Assembly (NCBI GenBank): GCA_000433735.1 | Contig: HF998339.1 | Location: forward strand, 12,667-35,036 | Direction: 5' to 3' | Origin: Clostridium sp. CAG:167 | GTDB lineage: Bacteria > Bacillota > Clostridia > Lachnospirales > Lachnospiraceae | DNA length: 22,370 nucleotides | Shown here: positions 8,203 to 15,825 of the stretch, piece by piece | Layout: each line of letters begins with the position of its first letter | How positions within the stretch are numbered: position 1 is the first letter of the stretch | Notes under the pieces: model-generated | Databases searched by the model: none | The model's input: the letters and a program-made list of their open reading frames with translations, nothing else | What the model was told of the DNA's origin: nothing | Made by a program: the position numbers and the translations under genes

Positions 8203-9562
8203 TGAGATGAAAAGGATCCTGGGGGAGGAATACCCGGCGTACCTGGCATCTATGGAAGATACAAGAAAATATGGTCTGCGGGTCAATACAGCTAAGATTT
8301 CCGTGGAAGATTTTTTGAAAATCTCTCCCTTTGAACTGACCCCGATCCCTTATGTAGACAATGGATTTTACTATGATCCGGAAGTGGCACCGGCGAAACA
8401 CCCTTATTATTTTGCAGGGTTGTATTATCTTCAGGATCCAAGTGCCATGACACCGGCCTCCCGCCTGCCGGTAGAAGAGGGGGATGTGGTGCTGGATCTG
8501 TGTGCCGCACCGGGAGGAAAGGCCACGGAATTGGCGGCAAAACTCCATGGCACCGGTCTTTTGATCGCCAATGACATAAGCAGTAAGCGGGCTAAGGCAC
8601 TGCTGAAAAATATAGAATTGTTTGGCGTGGAAAATAGTTTTATCGTGACGGAATATCCACAGAAATTACAGGAGTATTTCACCGGATTTTTTGACAAGAT
8701 CTTGATTGATGCGCCGTGTTCCGGCGAAGGAATGTTCCGGAAAGAGCCATCCATGGTGAAAGCCTGGGAGCAGAATGGGCCGGAATTTTATGCCAAACTG
8801 CAGGAAGAGATTCTGCGGCAGGCACTGCCTATGTTAAAGCCGGGAGGATATCTGTTGTACTCTACCTGTACATTTTCTCCTTTGGAGGATGAGGGAACGG
8901 TGGACAAAATTTTGTCTATGGATGATTCCATGGAGATCGTGCCAATGCAGGGATATGTGGGATTTTCCAAAGGAAATCCGGCATGGGTTGACAGTTCCCG
9001 GTCAGAAATCGAAGACTGCATCCGCATTTTCCCACACAAATTAGACGGTGAAGGTCATTTTCTGGCACTGTTCCACAAGAAGGAAACGGCGGAAGGGGCT
9101 GTGCAAAGTTACGACCAGCGGCGAAGTGGATTAAAAGGTGAAGAAAAACGCCTGTTTCAGGAATTTGCCGCTGGACTGGCAAGAGAGTTTGAACCGGACC
9201 GGATGGAAAGCAAGCAGGGCATGGTATACTATATGCCGAAACAGCTGCCGGACATGAAAGGACTGCGTTTTCTGCGCAGCGGTTTGTTTCTGGGAGAAAT
9301 GAAGAAAAACCGCTTTGAGCCAAGTCAGTCCCTGGCTATGGCATTGAAGAAAAGTGAGTATAAAAACTGCCTGGATCTGTCCTCGAAGGATGAGAGGGTG
9401 ATCCGGTATCTGAAAGGTGAGACTTTGACGCTGACACAGGAAGAGGCTGGAAAGGACAACGGCTGGGTTCTTGTGTGTGTGGACGGTTATCCATTGGGAT
9501 GGGGCAAGAAAAATAAATCTTCCCTGAAAAATAAATACCACTCCGGCTGGCGCATGATGTAG
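8177..9562 (+). CDS. rsmF: RsmB/RsmF-family RNA cytosine-C5 methyltransferase with C-terminal PUA-like domain
   Basis: 461-aa ORF with motifs DLCAAPGGKAT, DAPCSGEGMFRK and STCTFSPLEDE. The C-terminus reads GWVLVCVDGYPLGWGK. The N-terminus LPKKFCDEMKRILGEEYPAYL matches the usual start of this family, supporting ATG 8177 despite the 26-nt overlap with cdd. Confidence 0.88.
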   Translation: MDLPKKFCDEMKRILGEEYPAYLASMEDTRKYGLRVNTAKISVEDFLKISPFELTPIPYVDNGFYYDPEVAPAKHPYYFAGLYYLQDPSAMTPASRLPVEEGDVVLDLCAAPGGKATELAAKLHGTGLLIANDISSKRAKALLKNIELFGVENSFIVTEYPQKLQEYFTGFFDKILIDAPCSGEGMFRKEPSMVKAWEQNGPEFYAKLQEEILRQALPMLKPGGYLLYSTCTFSPLEDEGTVDKILSMDDSMEIVPMQGYVGFSKGNPAWVDSSRSEIEDCIRIFPHKLDGEGHFLALFHKKETAEGAVQSYDQRRSGLKGEEKRLFQEFAAGLAREFEPDRMESKQGMVYYMPKQLPDMKGLRFLRSGLFLGEMKKNRFEPSQSLAMALKKSEYKNCLDLSSKDERVIRYLKGETLTLTQEEAGKDNGWVLVCVDGYPLGWGKKNKSSLKNKYHSGWRMM

Positions 9563-9575
9563 GCCGGATAAAAGT

Positions 9576-9605
9576 AGAAAAGAACCGCTTTCGCGGTTCT
9601 TTTCT
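9576..9605 (+). terminator. Intrinsic terminator after the rsmF-like gene
   Basis: Perfect 13-bp stem agaaaagaaccgc / gcggttcttttct with loop tttc, 14 nt after the stop codon. The T residues are partly inside the stem. Confidence 0.6.
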
Positions 9606-9636
9606 GGGGAATAGAGAACTAAACTATATATAGGCG

Positions 9637-9658
9637 ATCATTTGCATAGGCAAATGAT
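9637..9658. repeat. Perfect 9-bp inverted repeat (hairpin or operator-like)
   Basis: atcatttgc-atag-gcaaatgat. It is intergenic and has no adjacent T-run. Confidence 0.6.
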
Positions 9659-9664
9659 TAGGGC

Positions 9665-9700
9665 AAAAAAAAGGCAACTCACCTATGGGTGAATCGCCTT
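9665..9700 (-). terminator. Intrinsic terminator oriented on the minus strand
   Basis: The minus strand reads aaggcgattcacc-cata-ggtgagttgcctt followed by eight T. The stem has 13 positions with 2 mismatches. On the + strand the run is A8 and lies upstream of the stem, so the element is directional for the minus strand. Confidence 0.5.
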
Positions 9701-9713
9701 CGATTACAGCAAC

Positions 9714-9742
9714 ATATTACTACAAAATATTGACAATGTCAA
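9714..9742 (-). promoter_or_regulatory. Minus-strand sigma-A type promoter (orphan)
   Basis: The minus strand has TTGACA (complement of 9737-9742), the 17-nt spacer ttgtcaatattttgtag, then TAATAT (complement of 9714-9719). It fires toward the minus-strand terminator at 9700-9665. Confidence 0.4.
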
Positions 9743-9760
9743 CAAAAAGCAACAAAATAT

Positions 9761-9790
9761 TTGACAAAGGATATAAAGGTATAATAAAAT
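9761..9790 (+). promoter_or_regulatory. Promoter of the DUF4190 cassette
   Basis: TTGACA at 9761-9766, an 18-nt spacer, then TAAAAT at 9785-9790. A TATAAT at 9780-9785 is too close to this -35. AGGAGG at 9811-9816 lies 8 nt before ATG 9825. Confidence 0.45.
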
Positions 9791-9824
9791 GTATATATAA
9801 ATCTAGAAAGAGGAGGAAAACAAA

Positions 9825-10085
9825 ATGGAAGAAAAACAGTCAAATGGCCTTGCCATTGCCTCAATGGTACTGGGAATCGTTTCTTTGATCCTGACATGCA
9901 TTTTGCCTTATGTTTCATGGGTACTGGCAATCGTAGGTATCGTATTAGCTGCTATTGCTAAGAAAAAGGCAAAATCAGGAATGGCTACAGCTGGTCTTGT
10001 ATGCTCTATCATCGCATTAGCAGTATGGGTAGTAGTTATTATTTTGCTGGTAGTAGTTGGTGTATCTGTCGGATTGGCAGGATAA
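9825..10085 (+). CDS. Small DUF4190-type membrane protein
   Basis: 86-aa ORF with the typical GLAIASMVLGIVSLIL opening helix, a basic loop KKKAKSG and a second long hydrophobic segment. It has a strong RBS. Confidence 0.85.
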   Translation: MEEKQSNGLAIASMVLGIVSLILTCILPYVSWVLAIVGIVLAAIAKKKAKSGMATAGLVCSIIALAVWVVVIILLVVVGVSVGLAG

Positions 10086-10095
10086 AGAAAAACGG

Positions 10096-10141
10096 ACAGC
10101 AGGCGGGGAACTGCAAAAGCAGTTTGCCGTTGCTGTTTTTT
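10096..10141 (+). terminator. Intrinsic terminator between the two DUF4190 genes
   Basis: Long imperfect hairpin acagca-ggcgggg-aactgc [aaaa] gcagtt-tgccgt-tgctgt followed by a T-run. Confidence 0.6.
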
Positions 10142-10170
10142 CTTGTTCTGTATTGATAGAAGGAGGAAGA

Positions 10171-10530
10171 ATGATGAATGAAGAAATGAATAATTCTTAT
10201 TATGGAAATAATACACAGGGTAATCCAAACCCAGTTCCACAGCCGGAACCCGGCAAACCGTCAGGCTATTCTATAGCATCCATGGTCTTGGGAATTTGTT
10301 CAATAGTGACATGCTGTTTATATGGTGTTCCGGGAATCATTTGCGGAATTATTGCCTGCATTTTTGCAAAAAAAGAAAACGATCTGGGTCATGCCAACAG
10401 TTTTACGAAGGCGGGTATGATCTGTGGTATCATCGGTATTATTTTGAGTGCATTGATGTTGATTTATTTAGTTGTAGTAGTGATGATTATTGGTGTATCA
10501 ACCCCAATGATGTATAACTATAGTTTCTAA
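10171..10530 (+). CDS. DUF4190-type membrane protein with Asn/Pro/Gly-rich N-terminal tail
   Basis: AGGAGG at 10161-10166 precedes ATG 10171/10174. Product: MMNEEMNNSYYGNNTQGNPNPVPQPEPGKPSGYSIASMVLGICSIVTCCLYGVPGIICGIIACIF..., with two hydrophobic segments. The ORF-track start at 10057 would run through the preceding terminator. Confidence 0.85.
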   Translation: MMNEEMNNSYYGNNTQGNPNPVPQPEPGKPSGYSIASMVLGICSIVTCCLYGVPGIICGIIACIFAKKENDLGHANSFTKAGMICGIIGIILSALMLIYLVVVVMIIGVSTPMMYNYSF

Positions 10531-10553
10531 TTGATAAAAATACCAGATAGAAG

Positions 10554-10579
10554 GTGACATCCTGTGGGATGTCACTTTT
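10554..10579 (+). terminator. Intrinsic terminator after the DUF4190 cassette
   Basis: Perfect 9-bp stem gtgacatcc / ggatgtcac with loop tgtg, followed by TTTT. Confidence 0.65.
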
Positions 10580-10623
10580 GTGTTGCAGAGGGCCCGCAGG
10601 GGTCTGCCAGAATAGGAGTCTAT

Positions 10624-12009
10624 ATGAATCTTTATGAATTTCTTTTACAATACCGGGACAGCGGACGGCTTCCCATGCACATGCCGGGGCATAAGAGACA
10701 GCCTCCTTTTTCTATGGAGGATCCTTACGGACTGGATGTGACGGAGGTGGAGGGGACGGACAACCTTCACCACCCGGAGGGACGGATACGCCGGCTGATG
10801 GATCAGATGCGGAAAATGTATGGAACCAGAGAAAGTTATCTTCTGGTAAATGGCAGTACCTGCGGAATATTGGCGGCCATGTCGGCGTGCTGCCAAAAAG
10901 GAGACAAGGTTCTGGTGGCCAGAAACTGCCACCGGTCGGTGTACCACGGGATCTATCTGCTGGGACTGGAGCCGGTGTATCTGCAGCCGGAGACTGATCC
11001 TCAGACGGGAGCGGCGCTGCAGTGTCCGCCGGAAGAGGTGGAAAAGGCATTAGAAACTCATGAAAATGCGGCTTGCGTCATCCTTACTTCCCCTACTTAT
11101 GAAGGGGTAGTGTCGGAAGTGGGCAAAATAGCAGAAATAGTCCACCGATATCAGATCCCCCTTGTAGTGGACGAGGCTCATGGCGCTCATCTGAACTGGA
11201 TGAGGGGATGGAAAACTGCTATGGAGGAAGGGGCAGATCTGGTGATCGAAAGCCTTCATAAAACACTGCCGGCCCTGACCCAGACAGCAGTGCTGCACCG
11301 GTGCAGTGACCGGGTAGCGGCAGAGAAGATCCGGCGTTATCTGGATATTTACGAAACAAGCAGCCCATCTTATGTATTGATGGCCAGTGTGGCACAGTGC
11401 ATGGACTGGCTGGAACAGGAAGGGAAGCCGTCTTTTTGTGCCTATGTGGAAAGGCTTGAGCGATTTTATGAAGAGGCAAAGCGGTGGCGGCATCTGTCCC
11501 TGTGGCATCACCGGCTCAAGGAACCGGGAAAACTTGTGATCTATACCGGAAAAGCGGACATCTCGGCCACAGAACTTGCAGAAAGACTGCGAAATTCGTA
11601 TAATATAGAAATAGAGATGGTGGCCGCAGAGTATGTGCTGGCCATGACGACGGTGGCAGACACGGAGGCATCTCTGGAGCGGCTGATGCAGGCACTTTCA
11701 GATATGGATGAGACTCTTTCTGAAAGCGAACCTCACATGCATGAGACAGATTCTGTGCTGCCACAAAAGAAATATTCATCCTATGAGGCCATGAATGGCC
11801 CCTGGGAGGAAGTACCGATAGAGAAAGCCTGTGGCAGAGTGTCAGCAGAGTACATTATGGTGTATCCGCCGGGTATTCCGTTTGTAGTGCCGGGGGAGAT
11901 GATCGATCTCCATGTTCTGGGGCAGATTTCTGAGGCGAAAGAGAAAAGATTAAACCTGACAGGAACGGCGGACGATAGGGTGTCGAACCTGCGGGTGTTA
12001 AAAGAGTAA
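10624..12009 (+). CDS. PLP-dependent Orn/Lys/Arg decarboxylase-family protein (YaaO-like)
   Basis: N-terminal HMPGHKR motif and PLP-lysine context IESLHKTLPALTQTAVLH. RBS AGGAG lies 5 nt before ATG 10624. The ORF-track start at GTG 10564 lies inside the upstream terminator hairpin. The gene occupies the yaaO slot upstream of yaaR and holB. Confidence 0.88.
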   Translation: MNLYEFLLQYRDSGRLPMHMPGHKRQPPFSMEDPYGLDVTEVEGTDNLHHPEGRIRRLMDQMRKMYGTRESYLLVNGSTCGILAAMSACCQKGDKVLVARNCHRSVYHGIYLLGLEPVYLQPETDPQTGAALQCPPEEVEKALETHENAACVILTSPTYEGVVSEVGKIAEIVHRYQIPLVVDEAHGAHLNWMRGWKTAMEEGADLVIESLHKTLPALTQTAVLHRCSDRVAAEKIRRYLDIYETSSPSYVLMASVAQCMDWLEQEGKPSFCAYVERLERFYEEAKRWRHLSLWHHRLKEPGKLVIYTGKADISATELAERLRNSYNIEIEMVAAEYVLAMTTVADTEASLERLMQALSDMDETLSESEPHMHETDSVLPQKKYSSYEAMNGPWEEVPIEKACGRVSAEYIMVYPPGIPFVVPGEMIDLHVLGQISEAKEKRLNLTGTADDRVSNLRVLKE

Positions 12010-12022
12010 AGGAGTCACGATC

Positions 12023-12607
12023 GTGGGCAGATTATATATTTTTATGGGAAAAAGCGCAGCAGGAAAGGATACGCTGTTTCAGAAGATATTGGAAGAAGAT
12101 CCGGCCTTAAAGCAGGTAGTCCCATATACAACCAGACCGGTAAGACAGGGAGAAAAAGAGGGTGTAGCCTATCATTTTGTCAGTGAGGACACTATGAATG
12201 ACATGAGGCAGCAGGGCAGAATCATTGAGTGCCGTTGTTATGAGACAGTGCAGGGACCCTGGTATTATTTTACTGCAGACGACGGGCAGATCGACTTTGA
12301 GCAGGGAGACTGCTGTATGATCTCTACTTTGGAAGGGTATGAGAAGATCCGGGATTATTACGGAAAGGACAAGGTAGTTCCGGTTTACATTGCGGTAGAC
12401 GATTTTCTCCGGATGGAGCGGAGCCTTGCCAGGGAAAAAGAACAGCCGTCACCTTGTGTGGCAGAGGTCTGCCGGCGCTTTCTGGCGGATGAGGAAGATT
12501 TTTCCGGGGAAAAACTGAGGACACTGGAAATCACAGACTGGATAGATAATACGGACCTTTCTGTGGCTCTGGAGCAAATCCGCAGCCTGCTAAAAAAAGG
12601 TAGATAA
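12023..12607 (+). CDS. Guanylate kinase-like protein
   Basis: 194-aa ORF with a GTG start 8 nt after AAAGGAG. P-loop GKSAAGKDT. VPYTTRPVRQGEKEGVAYHFVS matches the guanylate-kinase TTRxxRxGExxGxxYxFVS pattern. Confidence 0.8.
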   Translation: MGRLYIFMGKSAAGKDTLFQKILEEDPALKQVVPYTTRPVRQGEKEGVAYHFVSEDTMNDMRQQGRIIECRCYETVQGPWYYFTADDGQIDFEQGDCCMISTLEGYEKIRDYYGKDKVVPVYIAVDDFLRMERSLAREKEQPSPCVAEVCRRFLADEEDFSGEKLRTLEITDWIDNTDLSVALEQIRSLLKKGR

Positions 12608-12683
12608 AATACCGGAAGCATGGTAAGATAGAAAGAGCGGAAGAAATGGGTTTTATCAGTAGTTTTGGAACAAGGAGGAGCTT

Positions 12684-13124
12684 ATGGATATTCGGATCGA
12701 TCCTATGCAGCAGGTAAATCAGACCAGTGGTACGCAGAAGAATCAGGCTCCTGCGGAAGATTTTAAATTTACCCTCATGAGTTCCATTGAAGAGGATGGC
12801 CTGGCGGCCAGACTGCAGGTCATGATGGAAGAGATCACCATGCAGGGGAAAAAACTGGGGAAACACATGGATGTGCGGGATATGAAGCATTACCGCAAGT
12901 TGATCAAAGAGTTTATGAATGAAATTGTAAACCGTTCCCACAAGTTTAGCCGTGAGAATTTTCTGGACCGGAGAGGACGACACCGGGTGTACGGAATGAT
13001 CAAACGGGTGGATGAAGTGCTGGATGAACTGGCGGGAGAGCTGATCAAAGATGAAAAAGATGCCATTGCAATCTTGGACAAGGTAGACGAGATCCGTGGC
13101 TTATTGTTAGATATAATCACATAA
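12684..13124 (+). CDS. yaaR: YaaR (DUF327) family protein
   Basis: 146-aa ORF with RBS AAGGAGGAG. Size, charge pattern and position directly upstream of holB match yaaR. Confidence 0.8.
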   Translation: MDIRIDPMQQVNQTSGTQKNQAPAEDFKFTLMSSIEEDGLAARLQVMMEEITMQGKKLGKHMDVRDMKHYRKLIKEFMNEIVNRSHKFSRENFLDRRGRHRVYGMIKRVDEVLDELAGELIKDEKDAIAILDKVDEIRGLLLDIIT

Positions 13125-13141
13125 AAAGGTGGCGATACAAT

Positions 13142-14128
13142 ATGTTGAAATTTTCAGAAATCGTGGGACATGAACAGATTAAAGATCATTTGCAGACGGC
13201 AGTCAGAGAAAACAAGCCGTTTCACGCATATATTTTTCAGGGAGAGACCGGTGTAGGAAAAGAGAATATGGCAAAGACATTTGCAGCGGCACTGCAGTGC
13301 CAGAACCAGGGAGAAAAGCCTTGTGGAGAGTGTGTTTCCTGTCATCAGTTTGAGTCGGGCAACCAGCCGGATGTGATCTGGGTGCAGCATGAGAAGGCTA
13401 ATCTCATAACGGTCAGTGAGATCCGGGAACAGGTCTGCAATACGATGGATATCAAGCCATTTGCCAGTCCATACAAAATATATATTGTTCCGGAAGCAGA
13501 AAAAATGAACGAGCAGGCTCAGAATGCTTTGTTAAAAACCATTGAGGAGCCGCCGGAATACGGAGTAGTGATCCTTTTGACCAGTAATATCACAGCACTG
13601 CTTCCAACTATCCAGTCCCGCTGTCTGATCATGGAATTCAGACCGTTAAGCAATTCCATCGTGGAAGAGTTTTTGAGAACCCAGGGACAGGTGCCGGATT
13701 ATCTGGCTAAGGCCAGTGCGGCTTTCGCCCAGGGAAATCTGGGAAAGGCAATGCGCTATGCCAAATCAGAAGATTTTATTGAGACAAAAGATATGATACT
13801 GAATCTTCTCAGACATGTACAGGACATGACAGTCAGTGATATGCTGGAAAATATCAAAGAACTGGGAACCAGAAAAGATGAAGTCAGGGATTATATTGAT
13901 CTGATGGAATTGTGGTACCGGGATGTGTTAATTTTTAAGGCTACTAAAAATATAAATCAGCTGATCTTTCAGGATGAGTCAACGAATATCGCAAAAGAAG
14001 CAAGCCTGCGTGGTTACGAGCAGATCGAGCATATTATGCAGGCCTTTGAAAAGGCGAAGGTGCGCCTGAAAGCCAATGTGAATTTCGAAGTCACCATGGA
14101 ATTGATGCTTATGGCATTGAAAGATTGA
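13142..14128 (+). CDS. holB: DNA polymerase III subunit delta-prime
   Basis: 328-aa ORF with degenerate P-loop GETGVGKEN, Zn module CGECVSCHQFESGNQPDV, signature NALLKTIEEPP and SRC motif IQSRC. Confidence 0.93.
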   Translation: MLKFSEIVGHEQIKDHLQTAVRENKPFHAYIFQGETGVGKENMAKTFAAALQCQNQGEKPCGECVSCHQFESGNQPDVIWVQHEKANLITVSEIREQVCNTMDIKPFASPYKIYIVPEAEKMNEQAQNALLKTIEEPPEYGVVILLTSNITALLPTIQSRCLIMEFRPLSNSIVEEFLRTQGQVPDYLAKASAAFAQGNLGKAMRYAKSEDFIETKDMILNLLRHVQDMTVSDMLENIKELGTRKDEVRDYIDLMELWYRDVLIFKATKNINQLIFQDESTNIAKEASLRGYEQIEHIMQAFEKAKVRLKANVNFEVTMELMLMALKD

Positions 14129-14147
14129 TAAGGAGGATAAACCGAAC

Positions 14148-15059
14148 ATGAAAGAAATTATAGGAGTCCGGTTTCGACAGGCGGGCAAGGTATATTACTT
14201 CAGCCCGGGTAAACATAAATTAAAGCGCGGTGAGTTTGTCATTGTAGAAACGGCTAAAGGTGTGGAGATCGGTACGGTTGTACTGCCGAACCGCAAGATG
14301 GAAGAAGAAAAGATCGTGGCACCGTTAAAGCCCATCATCCGGGTGGCAACCAAAGAGGATGAGGAAAAAGAGGCGGAAAACCGGCGCAAAGAAAAGGAAG
14401 CGTACCGTATCTGCTATCAGAAGATCCACAAGCACAAACTGGAGATGAAACTGATCGAGGCAGAGTATACATTTGATAATAATAAACTTTTGTTTTATTT
14501 TACAGCGGATGGAAGGATTGACTTCCGTGAACTGGTTAAAGATCTGGCCAGCGTGTTCCGCACCCGTATTGAACTGCGTCAGATCGGTGTCAGAGACGAG
14601 ACAAAGATCCGAGGAGGAATCGGAATCTGTGGAAGACCGTTGTGCTGCCACAGTTATCTGTCAGAATTTGTGCCGGTATCCATCAAGATGGCTAAAGAGC
14701 AGAATCTGTCTCTGAACCCCACTAAGATTTCCGGTGTGTGCGGCCGTCTTATGTGCTGCCTGAAAAATGAGGAAGAGGCTTACGAGGAACTGAACAGCCA
14801 TCTGCCGAATGTGGGAAGCCGTGTTAAAACCCCAGAGGGGCTGCCAGGGGAAGTACAGAGTGTCAGTGTTTTGAAGCAGCGGGTAAAGGTAATCGTTACA
14901 ATGGATAACGATGAAAAAGAAGTAAGGGATTATGATGTTTCCGAGCTGTCATTCCGCACCCGCGGCCCGAAGGAAAAAATTCAGGCAAAGCATGACAAAG
15001 AGTTGAAAAAGCTGGAAGCAATGGAAAAAAAGGAAGGAAAATCTAAGTTAGATGAGTAA
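14148..15059 (+). CDS. ricT: PSP1-domain protein RicT/YaaT (stage 0 sporulation family)
   Basis: 303-aa ORF with PSP1 core NKLLFYFTADGRIDFRELVKDLASVFRTRIELRQIGVRD and Cys clusters CGRPLCCHSYL and CGRLMCCLKNE. It follows holB. Confidence 0.92.
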   Translation: MKEIIGVRFRQAGKVYYFSPGKHKLKRGEFVIVETAKGVEIGTVVLPNRKMEEEKIVAPLKPIIRVATKEDEEKEAENRRKEKEAYRICYQKIHKHKLEMKLIEAEYTFDNNKLLFYFTADGRIDFRELVKDLASVFRTRIELRQIGVRDETKIRGGIGICGRPLCCHSYLSEFVPVSIKMAKEQNLSLNPTKISGVCGRLMCCLKNEEEAYEELNSHLPNVGSRVKTPEGLPGEVQSVSVLKQRVKVIVTMDNDEKEVRDYDVSELSFRTRGPKEKIQAKHDKELKKLEAMEKKEGKSKLDE

Positions 15060-15807
15060 AATGCCTTCAGAGAAACCGGTTTTAATGCCCGGTGAACGAT
15101 TGGATGATTTACAGCGGGACGGATTGAGAATTATACAAAATCCGTCCTGGTTTTGTTTTGGTATGGATGCAGTGCTGCTGTCCTGGTTTGCCAGGGTAGA
15201 GGAAGGGCAGAAATGTCTGGATCTGGGATGCGGCAATGGCGTGATCCCGATCCTTATGTACAGCCGCTGGCCGGGGGAAAGTTTTACCGGTCTTGAGATC
15301 CAGCCGGATGTAGCCCAGATGGCCGGGCGCAGTGTGGCATGGAATGGCATTGGTGACAAGGTGGAGATCATCACGGGGGATGTGTGCAGAGGGACAGAGA
15401 TTTTTCCCAAGGCATCCTTTGATGTCATTACCAGCAACCCGCCTTATCTGATGGATGCCCATGGGTTGAAAAATCCCGGGGACCACAAAGCCATCGCCAG
15501 ACATGAGGTGGCGTGCAGCCTGAAACAGTGGATCGAGACGGCTACAAAGTTATTGAAACCGGGAGGACATTTTTACATGGTACATCGTCCTTTCCGGCTG
15601 GCGGAGATACTTCATGATATGGTGGAAGCGAAACTGCAGCCTAAGCGGATGCAGCTTGTCTATCCAAAGAAAGACAAAGAACCAAACATGGTACTGATTG
15701 AAGGAGTGCGGGGAGGTAATTCCCAGCTGACGGTAGAGCCGCCTTTGATCGTATATGATGATGAGGGAGATTATATGGAACAGATCCGGCATATTTACTA
15801 CGATTAG
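15052..15807 (+). CDS. SAM-dependent methyltransferase, tRNA1(Val) (adenine37-N6)-methyltransferase-like (YabB/TrmN6 family)
   Basis: 251-aa ORF with SAM motif LDLGCGNGVI and the NPPY motif in VITSNPPYL. It overlaps ricT by 8 nt (ATGAGTAA junction). Confidence 0.88.
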   Translation: MSKMPSEKPVLMPGERLDDLQRDGLRIIQNPSWFCFGMDAVLLSWFARVEEGQKCLDLGCGNGVIPILMYSRWPGESFTGLEIQPDVAQMAGRSVAWNGIGDKVEIITGDVCRGTEIFPKASFDVITSNPPYLMDAHGLKNPGDHKAIARHEVACSLKQWIETATKLLKPGGHFYMVHRPFRLAEILHDMVEAKLQPKRMQLVYPKKDKEPNMVLIEGVRGGNSQLTVEPPLIVYDDEGDYMEQIRHIYYD

Positions 15808-15825
15808 GAAAGGAGGCGAAAGCAC

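Noticed and set aside
9685-9930. Small ORFs in the spacer (9685-9888 +, 67 aa; 9739-9930 -, 63 aa)
   Set aside because: Both run across the promoter and RBS elements and into the DUF4190 gene in other frames. They are Lys/Arg- or Phe-rich with no RBS, and are most likely chance ORFs in AT-rich DNA.
10057-10170. N-terminal extension of the second DUF4190 gene (ORF-track start 10057)
   Set aside because: It would overlap the first gene and read through the intergenic terminator hairpin and T-run. A consensus AGGAGG sits just before ATG 10171.
10564-10623. N-terminal extension of the decarboxylase gene (GTG 10564)
   Set aside because: The GTG lies in the loop of the preceding terminator hairpin. 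ATG 10624 has an AGGAG RBS and gives the family-typical N-terminus (…HMPGHKR about 20 aa in).
12637-12708. 23-codon ORF (MGFISSFGTRRSLWIFGSILCSR) overlapping the yaaR start
   Set aside because: It has no RBS, and it overlaps the yaaR RBS and start in another frame. It is most likely fortuitous.
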